Assembly: GCA_002269645.1 (NCBI GenBank)
Contig: NIVC01000893.1
Coordinates: 3,543 to 67,542, forward strand
DNA from: Macrostomum lignano
Lineage: Eukaryota
DNA length: 64,000 bases
Direction: 5' to 3'
Made by a program: the position numbers and the translations under genes. The stretch's first letter is position 1; every line of letters starts with the position of its first letter. Shown piece after piece: positions 1 through 10,129 of the stretch. The notes beneath the pieces were generated by a model. The model ran no database searches. It had not been told where the DNA came from and saw nothing but the letters and a program-made list of their open reading frames with translations.

Positions 1-84
1 TGAGATACTATTAATTGTATCTATAAGTTTTTGTTTGAATTGTGCGTCCTGCGTTATTTGCTGTCTTTGAAATTCAGCATCTCT

Positions 85-603
85 TTAAGCTTTTTCATCC
101 GCTGCTTTTTTGTCATTTACTGCCTTTGTGATTCCGGCGGCTCCTCCCGCTATTCCACCGGCTGCTCCTATTCCTGCAAAAATTATTGGGAGCAAAGTTG
201 CGAGGGGTAATATACCCCCTTCTTTTGCTTTTAATTCAGCTAATTGTTTTCTGTTATCGTGAATTCTTTTGGCTGCTAATCCGGTTGCTCCGGCTGCTCC
301 GAGACCCAAAAGTATTGGTAAAATGGGTAGCAACCCGCCGTCCTTTTTAGTGTGAGTCTCCAATAAAAATTTCACATCGGAGTCTGTTAGCCTATAGTTT
401 CTACCGTGATTCTTAAAGGATATTGGCCTTCCTTCTTTTGCATATTTTGAAGCAAGTTTAAATGTATCGATATCATAGTCAAGTTTTTTGCCTAAGCGAT
501 CCAATCTTTTTAACATTGCGTGACTATGTTTGTTATCGTCTAGATTTAAAGTATCCACAATTTCTCCTATAAAATATAGCCGATCGTTATTAACTGAGTC
601 CAT
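85..603 (-). CDS. Polinton virion-core-like protein with two adenovirus pX-like GG-[LI]LP hydrophobic motifs
   Basis: KDGGLLPILPILLGLGAAG and KEGGILPLATLLPIIFAGIGAAGGIAGG resemble the adenovirus pX C-terminus (RGGILPLLIPLIAAAIGA). The frame stays open past the TAA at 85-87. Confidence 0.6.
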   Translation of the reverse strand: MDSVNNDRLYFIGEIVDTLNLDDNKHSHAMLKRLDRLGKKLDYDIDTFKLASKYAKEGRPISFKNHGRNYRLTDSDVKFLLETHTKKDGGLLPILPILLGLGAAGATGLAAKRIHDNRKQLAELKAKEGGILPLATLLPIIFAGIGAAGGIAGGAAGITKAVNDKKAADEKA

Positions 604-613
604 TTTTATATTG

Positions 614-1024
614 TTAAAATTTCTTTAATCCTTTTCCGCCTTTAATTGTGGTTAACATTTTATTAAAATCCTGAATATCTTTATTACTTATTGGTGTGCT
701 TTTCGTGGGGGTTTCTGTTGGTTGTGCGGCTTGAGTTGCTTCCTGCGCTAGTTTCAAATCTTTTATTGCTTTTATTTGTGAGAGGGTGTCGTTAAATTCT
801 CTCAATTTCTTTAGTTCTTCTGCTGCCCTAGCTGCTTCGATTCCGCCCTTTACAGCGTTTGTTATAGATCCTGCTGCAGAGCCTGCTTGGCCTATAAGAC
901 CCATATTATCTTTAACGAAATTTGCTGCTGTTCCAACCACATCAAAAAGACCCTCACCTCGGTATTCAACTGGGTCTCCTATTTGAAATTCATTCAGATT
1001 TTGTATATGTGTAACGTGTGTCAT
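614..1024 (-). CDS. Polinton small protein with amphipathic helix after a GxG site (pVI-like organisation)
   Basis: ATG-initiated 136 aa ORF containing YRGEG-LFDVVGTAANFVKDNMGLIGQAG and ending IKGG-KGLKKF; 10 bp upstream of the pX-like ORF on the same strand. Confidence 0.5.
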   Translation of the reverse strand: MTHVTHIQNLNEFQIGDPVEYRGEGLFDVVGTAANFVKDNMGLIGQAGSAAGSITNAVKGGIEAARAAEELKKLREFNDTLSQIKAIKDLKLAQEATQAAQPTETPTKSTPISNKDIQDFNKMLTTIKGGKGLKKF

Positions 1025-1098
1025 TTTTGTCTATTTTTAGTAACAGAAAAAGACCCTTCGCGCCTGCGGCGCGGCCTGGGGTTATAGAGTGTTTGTTA

Positions 1099-1203
1099 GT
1101 GTTGGAAGTGTTGGAAGTGTTGGAAGTGTTGGAAGTGTTGGAAGTGTTCGAAGTGTTGAAGTGTTGGAAGTGTTGGAAGTGTTGGAAGTGTTGGGAAGTG
1201 TTG
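1099..1203. repeat. 9-bp tandem repeat (GTGTTGGAA)n, subterminal in the Polinton
   Basis: Directly visible array of about 11 units. Confidence 0.9.
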
Positions 1204-2040
1204 TAAGTGTGAAATTGGGAAATTGACAGAAATGAAGCGAGGATGGGCGGAGCGAGTTGAGCGGAGTGAAGACGAGCGGTAATGAACACGAGCGAAGTGA
1301 AGACGAGCGATGTGAAGGGAAAATGAGTCATTTCACACTGATAAAGGGTTAAATTGATTGAATTATGAGAACGGTTTGCTGGCAATTTTGTATCGTATAT
1401 ACTACTAGGGTCCCCTCGAATATCTGGAGCTCGGAGTTCGGGACGGGTGAAATTCAAATGAGAAGGGGGGTTCCAGTCGAGAGTCTGGCTGGAAAGGAGG
1501 GGCGCAGACTCTTAAACGTGCTCTTATGAGCCACCGGGAGGAAAAAGGGCTTACCCCGGGTGGGACAGGAGAGACACCAGGTGGGGAGAGAGGAGGGTAC
1601 ACCGGGTGGTGACGAATAAACACCGGGTGGACCCTAGGGAAAAACACGGGATGTTTGTAAAACAAAACATTACGGGAGGTGGGAAGGGAAATTTACATTA
1701 GGCGAAAAGCGGATTCCTCACAGGGAATGACGTCAAAAAAATGCGCAATTCACTGGGTGAGCAAATCCACTCGGCGGAAACAAAGTTTCGTTCGGTGGGA
1801 GCAGTGGGAGGCCGCGCCTACCACAAAAGGCCTGTCTAATAGCCGTTTCTGTTTTCCAGGAACTTTTTAAGTTTAAGATAGATATAACAAAAAATACAAT
1901 TTACAAATACTTTGTCCGTCTTTACATACTAAAACCATACTTTAGTTTAAGCAATAAACCAAACCAGTATCATTATAACTTATGTTGCATAAACATAAGC
2001 ATAAACATTATAACTAGTATGCATAAAACATTAGCCTTAT

Positions 2041-2851
2041 TGAGAAATGAAGGCCAACACCAACATATAAGAAATTATTATAATAGCCAACGCGTTTCGA
2101 CACAAACGCAAACTCCCATTCCTTGGAGTCCCGTCCCTGAGTCTGGAAAAGAAGCTTAAAAGAACTTTCTTGAAGTATTTCAACTCTCGGGTCATGGTTG
2201 TGTTTCAGACCGCCAAAATTGGCCAGTTTGTTAGCAAGTTGAAGTCGAAGGCCCCTAGAGCTCTGTCTGCTGGTGTCATCTATCAATTTTGTTGCTCTGG
2301 TGATCAGAGCATTTCCTACATCGGAAAAACCAAAAGGCACCTGTACACTAGGGCTAGGGAGCATAGAATGAATAACTCTGCTGTGCATGATCACTTGCTT
2401 AGTTGCAATGCCGAGCATGAGCCGACTGAGCTTTTCACTGTTTTGGATAGATGTAGATTTGATGGCAAGCTCAGAGTGCTGGAAGCCTTGCACATTAAGC
2501 ATCATAGACCTAGTTTGAATACTCAGCTTGCAGGTGGAGGAGCCAGTTTACAGCTCAAGGTTTTCTAGGCTTTGGTGTGGGTTTGAGGCTCTCTCCCCGC
2601 CAATATTGTTTGCTCTGTGGTTGCGTTTTCTGTGTGATGGCCAAATAATTTATTATAGTTTCGTCTCTTAATGTACAATTATCGACCGGACTGAACCCAT
2701 TTGTCTATTGCCATGTACAGTTTTTGATTTTCTCTATTTAAGTATACTGAACTGTGAATCATGAGTGCAAGCCCTGAAGATGACCGCTTGTGTCGAAACG
2801 CGTTGGCTATTATAATAATTTCTTATATGTTGGTGTTGGCCTTCATTTCTC
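2041..2851 (+). mobile_element. 3' fragment of a Penelope-like retroelement (GIY-YIG endonuclease) with an inverted partial pLTR copy
   Basis: ORF 2170-2568 has GVIYQF..C..SYIGKTKRHLYTRAREH...LEALHIKHHRPSLN, the PLE GIY-YIG pattern. About 64 bp at 2041-2105 is the reverse complement of 2788-2851. Confidence 0.85.
2770..2808 (+). ncRNA. Minimal type I hammerhead ribozyme motif in the PLE pLTR
   Basis: agcc-CTGAAGA-t-gac(cgcttgt)gtc-GAAA-cgcg-TT-ggct: stems I and II pair, and helix III is the palindrome ACGCGT. Confidence 0.7.
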
Positions 2852-3039
2852 TATTATTTATTAAACGAGCATCGCTACCAGATTAGCCTTATTGATTCTG
2901 GCAACAAGACAAGACATTTCTGTATAATGGAATACCGCCCTAGCTCTTAGCAGTGTAGCAAACCTGGGGACCTTGTTCTCGTTCGATTAGCTCTAGTAAC
3001 TTTAACTGGATACTAGTACTGTGCTTCCAATTTTGATGA

Positions 3040-3985
3040 ACAACAATAGCAGCAACAACAACAAGGGTGCGTCAGATGGTGCACGCCGCAGAGCCTGGGA
3101 GCTCCGCGCCAAACAAAGTCCACCCCGTTAGCAGTGTCGGGCGCCCCAGCGTCGCACAAGAGGCAGTCCACGTATCGACGAGTTTGGGCCTGACCCCACT
3201 AGAACAGGCCCACTTGTAGAACTCCTGATGAAGTGTCGAACAGGTCAAACAGGCCGACCGCCGTCACCACAGCAGCTCGAGAGTGTCGCAATACAGTGCC
3301 ATGACAGCATCAATTAGCTGCTGGGGTACCCGGTAGGCTCGAAGGACAAAGGGAAGCGCGGCTCTCAGCACCGAGTCAAATGCATTTCGAAAGTCAACGA
3401 AGAAAATGATCGGCGTAGACTGCATGGCGGATGCGCGCCTCCTCGATGACACGGCAGAATGCGAGGATCTGAGGCACTGTACTGGGGCCAAAATCCGTTC
3501 TGCTCGTACCGCAGGTCCAGCACCGACTGCAGACGATCGAGCAGCAGCCTGTTGAAGAGATTCGCGGTGCAGGACATCAGCGAGATCCCGCAGTGGTCTT
3601 CTTTCCGCTTTGTCCCTGCCTTCTTTGGGGTCGGCACGAGATGCGCGACGGTCAACTCGGTGGGCGCGGGGCGCCGGCGAGCACGGCGGCTCATGACGCC
3701 TGTGACCTGGGAGGCCACATAGCGGAGCCGCATCGTCGCGACCGGGACTTCGCCGGGGCCGAGCGCCTTGCCACCTGATGTTTTTCGAGCGAACAGCACA
3801 ACGTCCACCGTGGTGACTGATGGGCGCAGAAGTCCTCCTCAGCTGGGAGCGGCGTGTCCAGTGGAAGCGCAAAGCTGGCGGGCAGCGGCGACGCGGGCGC
3901 GTTTACGATGCCGGCGAAGAAGTCGCGCAGTTTATTCTTGCGCTTCTCCGGGGTGTCGCCGGCCAGGTTCAGTGCCGGCGCCGGA
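3040..3985 (-). mobile_element. Decayed RTE-like non-LTR retrotransposon fragment (partial RT plus 3' end)
   Basis: Frameshifted RT motifs GISLMSCTANLFNRLL, EQNGF, FVDFRNAFDSV and FDTSSGVLQ, joined to the 3' end RRYVDCLLCDAGAPD and a (TTG)n-like tail near 3045-3063. Confidence 0.85.
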
Positions 3986-5268
3986 ACCAGATTCAGTAGT
4001 TCATGTACATGTATGCATGCATGTACATGTACACTATAATAACATGTACGTTGTTACGTTTGACTGTCAGATAATTCGCAATGCGTCGCTTCTACGTGGA
4101 TATTATTTTTTACGCCACTATTGCCGTATCGTTTATCAATTAAAACGACTTTTATAGATTTTTTGCTTGAAACTCATACTGTACAAACTATAGAATAGTA
4201 GCTACTTGAGCATGATATTTCATGAGATGACAAATTAGCTACGGCATAATGATGATGAATTAGAACCGTTTCAATTCACACATGACGTACATGTACCATG
4301 TCGACATGGAATACGCAGGATGCACAGACATGCAATTTCCGATGGTTGGAAAAATTAGCAATATACTAATCGAAAGCTGAAGTTGCTTGTATAATTGTAA
4401 TTAAAGCATGTTTTCAAGCATGTTGATAAGGATTAGTGCAGGAGAGAGATGGACTGGAATATATGTACAACACGCTTTCATTTCACATTATAAGCTAAAA
4501 CAATACCAAAGGGATTACATAATCAGATGAGCGAGAGATCGGCTCTGTTATTGGCCGTAATGTCACATTAAAGTTGATTAACAAGAACAGTTTGTAATTA
4601 AATTGTATTCTAACTAAGCATTGCATTATACTTCAGTAATTAGCTAAATAAAAAATATCCGGAATTTGATTTATAACAAATCAAACAAAACAGCCGGATC
4701 GATTAAAACAACTTGAGCAAGTTATAGAAAAATCAAATACTTTTTTATCAGTTCTGAAATTCATTTGTAAAAAAGTCCTGCTGCAGTAATCCTTGAAGGA
4801 AGCGTGCCCATGATTTACATCTAGTACGTATTCAGTCGTATGTAAATTATAAGCAGAATAAATATAACTTGAGGGAATTTACTACAATAAAAGTTAACTG
4901 GCAACAGTATCCATCTACTGCTTTCCAGGGCAGCCTCCGTGACTGTTTTATCGATCCATCGATCGCAGCCCTTAAAATTTTTAAAGGATAAAGCACAGAA
5001 GCACCTCAAAAGTACAAGTTATGAGTCAATTTTTAAGCGACTGTTCAGCTACCCAACAAATTATCGCTTTTGATCCCCTTCAGGACCCACATATATTGTC
5101 TATTGGATAAACTGACGCGCATATACAAGGCTGGAAAACTGAATTTAATTTTTGTGAGCTATCCCATCCCTGATATCTAAGAGAGTCGATCAATTTCAAT
5201 CATGGTTCAATTCCCAATGCTAACACATGCGCTAGAAAACACACAGCCCGCGATAAACAGCAGGCTAG

Positions 5269-5778
5269 TTAATGTTGATCAAGACGAGCATCAATCTTGG
5301 GCATCAGCATAAGATTGAGATTGGTTTCGCCAAAGAATGTTCTCACGGAGCTCGCATCCGTCATAGCAAAAATGCGCAGGGCGTCCCCGGCGCGCAACTC
5401 GATCCAGTCCACAATCCGACAGCTGTTTGTCCGCTGAGCGTCGCAGCTCAGCACAGTGTCTCGGCTGTTCAAGCGAATTTCGAATGACACATTACCGGAC
5501 AATCGAGCCTTGAGCAGGTAGACACCTGTAACTCGGACGATCAAGGAATCGTTCACGACTCGGAAAGTGTCAGACAAGTTGCTACAGTTTTGCGCTGGTA
5601 TTTGCTCTGACAAACGGACGAGCGCCAGTGGATTGAAGCAAGTTAGCGGGCCAATTGCGCTTAAAGCTGCGGGGATCGAGTAAATAACGCTTGGCCCATT
5701 AATACTCCAGAAGTACAAATAAACTAGCACCAGCACCAGGGGTGCCAGCACACCAAAGTGACATATATTCAGGCGCAT
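5269..5778 (-). CDS. TNF/C1q-superfamily-like type II membrane protein (169 aa from the ATG at 5778)
   Basis: N-terminal hydrophobic segment (FGVLAPLVLVLVYLYFWSI), then SDTFRVVNDSLIVRVTGVYLLKARL, SCRIVDWIELRAGDALRIF and TFFG, which match the beta-strand pattern of the TNF homology domain. Intact ORF. Confidence 0.55.
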   Translation of the reverse strand: MRLNICHFGVLAPLVLVLVYLYFWSINGPSVIYSIPAALSAIGPLTCFNPLALVRLSEQIPAQNCSNLSDTFRVVNDSLIVRVTGVYLLKARLSGNVSFEIRLNSRDTVLSCDAQRTNSCRIVDWIELRAGDALRIFAMTDASSVRTFFGETNLNLMLMPKIDARLDQH

Positions 5779-6121
5779 AGAGACAAAAAACACTTGTTAA
5801 AATGGTAAAATTCTCTTACCATCTGGTCTGATTTCATCGTCACCCACTACTCCGACGCTTATCTACAATATTTAAGGTTGCAATCAATGGAGACATTTTG
5901 CATGCGTAACATGTCATGTTAATACATTATTTAACTACATATAGCGTAGAGGTATATGTGCTCAACAAAAGGTATTTTTAGCTACAACTGAAAATCGATG
6001 AAGCGTTAAATAAATAGAACATATAACTTAGACCTACATGTATGATTGACATGTATGGGCTACGGTATTCGATACCCATATAGAAAGTTCCTGGGTTGGA
6101 TTCCTACATAATGCTCTACTC

Positions 6122-6464
6122 CAGGGCTCGGAAAACTGAGGCCCGCGGGCCACCGGCCTTCGGATCCTTTGAAACTTCGCAATAGCAATCCGGCCCACTC
6201 AAGGTTTGTGTCTCTTCTCATGCAGTTCTTTCTCTTTTTCTCGCTCTTCTCTCTCCCCTCTCCTCTCTCCCCGTCTCTCCCCTTCATCTCTTCTCTCTCT
6301 CTCCTCTTCTCTCCCCTCCCTGCCTTCCCTACTCTCCCATTTTCTCTCATCTCACCTCTGATCTTTTATCCTTTCTAGTTTCCTTTCTAGTTTCCTTTCC
6401 ATAGACTGCAGCCATAAGCTGTATTTTCTACTGGTTTTTGAGGTAATATGTTTGCTGACCCCTG
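6122..6464. mobile_element. hAT-type MITE with CT-rich interior
   Basis: TIRs CAGGGCTCGGAAAACT / ATGTTTGCTGACCCCTG; perfect 8-bp TSD CTCTACTC (6114-6121, 6465-6472); related copy at 24477-24926. Confidence 0.85.
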
Positions 6465-7380
6465 CTCTACTCAAAAAGAGAGCCAGGGCTGGCCGATAGA
6501 CAGCCTGTGTACTTAATCTGATACAATTAGCAGCGATATAATTAACCAAAGCCAATTAGCAACAACTTACCCTTGGCAGCAACCGTGTTCTGGGCGCCGC
6601 AGTTTCCACAGCCTTCTTGATTTCGCACGGTTTCTTCAAGCGACTGCCGCAGGCCCCGCAGGTGCAGGTAATGCTGGCAATCAGTATGCAAAACGCAATC
6701 ACCGAACACATCTTTGGATTAGCTAACTAAAAGAATTTGTCCTATTAGACACTAATTGCTAACAGTTGGCTTGATTGTGAGTTGTTAAATTTGGCGGCTT
6801 CATCTCTCAATTCCATCAACTTTTATACAAATTTGAGCCTGTCAGCAAAGGCACCAACTTGTCTATTTTTATCCCGGCAAAAACCAAAATTAATCAAATT
6901 GCACCATAAGATACGCCAGATTCGAAAATTCAAGGAACATTTGTACGCTAAGGTTTTGTTTACATTTTCATGTAGACATGCGAAATAAGCGAAATTTGTG
7001 CGCCAGTGCCTCCTTGTCCGCCCACTGCATCAATGTAAAAATGCGATAGAAAACCTCATTACGGAGTAACTTCGTTCCTATTTTTAACTTCACGAATTTT
7101 TCAAACATGAAAACTACATGTATTCAATTATAGAGGTAATTTTTAGTATCTGGACTAGCAATTTGCGCAACCCCCCCCCGTTCGGGGAGGCAACACAGAA
7201 ACGAAAAAAAATAGACGAGTAATTTGCATAAAATTCACATCGGTTTTGACCTTGTACAGTCATTAGTATTAATTCTTACGGAAATTAATGATGTTTAAAA
7301 CTAAAAAACATATTCACACTGAAAGTCATTAAATATAGCCTCAGCCATCAGCATCCACTATATTAGCTTTAACTCAAAGC

Positions 7381-7505
7381 ATCTGAGCAGCCCCATGAGC
7401 CACAGAATTTCAGCATCTCCCTCATGAGTTTCGACATATCAGCAATTCCGCCATAAGCCTTGACATCTCAGCAATTCCCCATGAGCCTTGACATCTCAGC
7501 AATTA
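7381..7505. repeat. Short diverged array of the 27-29 bp ATGAGCCTTGACAATTCAGCAATTCCCC satellite
   Basis: About 4 degenerate units matching the large array at 46545-47905. Confidence 0.7.
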
Positions 7506-7875
7506 TCATTGACGTCTTAGAGATTCCCGGTCATGAGTTTTGAAATCAAGCTTCTTTGATGAGCTGAGTATACATCTTGTAAGGGATGCAATTTCAGCTA
7601 GAGAACTCAATGGTTGAGAAGAAAAATGTTTGCCAATGCCTCAAAGATTGCACATTTTATCCAATTCCTACTAGGATCTGGAAATCTATGAAAAAAATTG
7701 AAAAAAAGCTATATTTCTTGACGAATGTGTTCCGCGGTCCTGACTTAGTCCGAGACAAAGCAGGGCGTTACTTTATAAAATTTCAGTTTAGTAAAAGTCT
7801 GATTGCTTGTAGAGCATGGTAGAAATTTTTTACCTCGACTGGGTAAAGAATGCAGGTCATGGCTGAGGCCCGGAT

Positions 7876-8215
7876 AGGAGAGGAAAGGAGAGGAAAGATA
7901 GAAGAGAGAAAAGTTAAGAGAAGAGAGAAGGGGAGAGAAGATAAAAGAGAAAAAAGGAGAGAGAAGAAAGAAGGGATAGAAGAGAGAAGAAGGGAGAGAG
8001 GAGAGGGAAGAGAAGAGGGGTGAGAAGAGAGGGGAGAGAAGAGAGGAGAGAAGAGCGAAAGGAGAGAGGGGGAGAGAAAAGAAGGGAGAGAAGAGGGGAG
8101 AGAGGAGAGGAGAGAGAAGAGGGGAGAGAGGAGAGGGGACAGAAAAAGGGTGAGAGGAGAAGGGGGAGAAGGGAGAGAAGAGAGGGGAGAGAAGAGGGGG
8201 AGAGGCGAGGAAAGA

Positions 8216-8247
<32 letters not shown>

Positions 8248-8320
8248 GGAGAGAGGCGAGGAAAGAGGAGAGGGGAGAGAAGAGGGAAGAGTAGAGAAGG
8301 AAGAGAGGAGCGAATATAGA
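7876..8320. repeat. GA-rich low-complexity tract
   Basis: Nearly pure purine tract; explains the L/S/P-rich and R/E/G-rich ORFs in the track. Confidence 0.9.
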
Positions 8321-8714
8321 AGGGAACTGTGTTTTTTCGACATTTAAATTGACAAGCTCGTAAATCAAATCTATGCCAATTTCAATGCATGAGCCTTTTC
8401 GTGGAAATTCAGAGGCTGTCGATAAATTGTCGACTTAAATCTGAATAAATTCCAGTGTCCCAAATGCAATTTTGCAGCAAAATTAGACTTCAGGCCGCCG
8501 TAATCTCCGATCGTCAAGTTCTCAAACCCGCAATTCGGTTTTCTCTCTCAGTCACTGAGCCTGACCACCTGCCAACGAGTGTTTCTCTCCAGGCAGTCGA
8601 TGGACAGACTTGTGCCTGCGTAGAGTGTCCGTTGCCACGGCGAATGCGCTCAACAGATCGCCACGTCTTGTAGGCGCAGCAGTTGACTGCCGAGGCTGCA
8701 GCTCTTTCGATCTG

Positions 8715-8988
8715 TTGCTGGTACGTGCAACCGACAGCTCAGCCGCAGCTATTGCGCGGCGCATCTGAAGGCTGCGTGCGGCTGTTCAGTCCAAGGACTG
8801 GGGGGTCGCCACACGCACCCTCAATTACCCCAGCTAATGCTGGCACCCATTTTACAGCTGGGTGAACTGAACTGGGCAATGCAGAGTTGAGTGTCTTCCT
8901 CAAGGACACAAATTGGTCCATTGGGATCAGGAATCGAACCTTCGACCTTCAAGTCGTGAGTCCGACGCTCTAACCACTAGGCTACAGC
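8715..8988 (-). mobile_element. tRNA-derived SINE (copy 1 of 3)
   Basis: A box TAGTGGTTAGAGC and B box GGTTCGATTCC, followed by the body TGTGTCCTTGAGGAAGACACT...CACCCAGCTGTAAAATGGGT shared with the copies at 26726 and 48391. Confidence 0.85.
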
Positions 8989-10129
8989 AGTTGTAACAGC
9001 ATTGATAATTTGTTAGAACGTTGGAACTGACAAAAAAGGCTGTTGCATACCGACTCTCAAACCCATAAAGACTGTAACGTTCATGTTCAATCGCAAAGGC
9101 TAAAGACCAAAGCCGAGACCAAGTATTTATTCATAACTAGAATCTTGAGATCCAGAGCCTTGACATAGAACTTTGAGCCAGTAAACTTAAGACACTGAAC
9201 TACACTGTAAACGTATTGTTGTCCCCGGAGAACAGTTCTCGTGGTCATAGTCCTCAAATGAAGCATTTTGATGAATTTTAGCAAAGATAATAGAGAAGAG
9301 TGAACTGCGATGACTCAACAGTACTTTTTGGTTAATCCCAGATCGATGTATAGTTCATAAATATATATTTAAACAAAAGTTTTAAAATCAGTCTATTTTT
9401 AGGCTTTCTATATATGTCAGGCAGAACCAAGCAGAAAGCCAGAAGAAACTGCTGAAGAATTGGTTCCATAATTGTAACTACAGACAGCTAAATATAGACT
9501 GAAGTTCAGCTTACCCTTGTCTGATAGGTCAGTTGGCGATGAAGAACTAGTAGTATTTTTAGCGACGGATTGGCTAGCCAAGAGACAGAATGCTACCTGG
9601 AGTGCATCGACTGCGAGAACCGGCGCACTAATCAAGGAAATTTCGATCTCTTGCAATTCTGCTGAATTGTTGCAGTCACTGCATTTTCCTCTATCAGGCA
9701 CCAAATACATGTACTGCGACATTGTCAGTTGTTGAATATTTGCTTGCGGAACTTATAGCATATAGGGTTGGGAAAATATTGGTTAACAGTCTCGGATGTA
9801 GATAGCTATTTAATCCCCGCTTTGGCCCGGCCAGCTGCCTATCTCCTCTGTGTATTTTCATTTCTTGGACTCCAAGAAATAATTGTCTATGGCTAAAAAC
9901 ACTCTTTCAAATGAGTTGAGACTCCCATCAGGCGTTTCTTGGAGGCCAAGAAATAATTGTCTATGGTAGAAACACAAAGATGCTGTTATAATTTTGAAAC
10001 AAGACCGGTTTCACAAAACTGAATAGCAACAAATGGGGATCGAAAGTGAAAAATCTAACAACGAACAGTTATAAGCAGTCTTGTATCAGAGAGCGTCAGA
10101 GGGAGTCAGCGAAGAAGGGAGGATGAAAC

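Larger units (their letters stand above)
1..1406 (-). mobile_element. Terminal part of a Polinton/Maverick (adintovirus-like) element, continuing out of the window to the left
   Basis: The minus strand begins AGTAGTATATACGATAC at 1406 (plus strand actact 1401-1406); AGTAGT-type starts are typical of Polinton termini. A subterminal 9-bp repeat and two inward-facing AT-rich ORFs with adenovirus pX/pVI-like motifs follow. The partner TIR and 6-bp TSD are outside the window. Confidence 0.65.

Noticed and set aside
1407-1870. GC-rich segment beyond the Polinton end, with ORFs 1405-1665 and 1679-1870
   Set aside because: No recognisable motif or second copy in the window; cannot be assigned.
3220-3245. 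CTGATGA...GAA as a possible hammerhead
   Set aside because: It is the antisense of the RT codons FDTSSGVLQ; stems do not form.
6399-6406. CCATAGAC inside the hAT MITE
   Set aside because: The sister copy has CCATGGCC at this position, so this occurrence is probably a chance substitution and not part of the motif system.
7745-8368. Long L/S/P-rich and R/E/G-rich ORFs (also 24541-24894, 57831-58283, 6060-6378)
   Set aside because: Translations of GA/CT low-complexity DNA.
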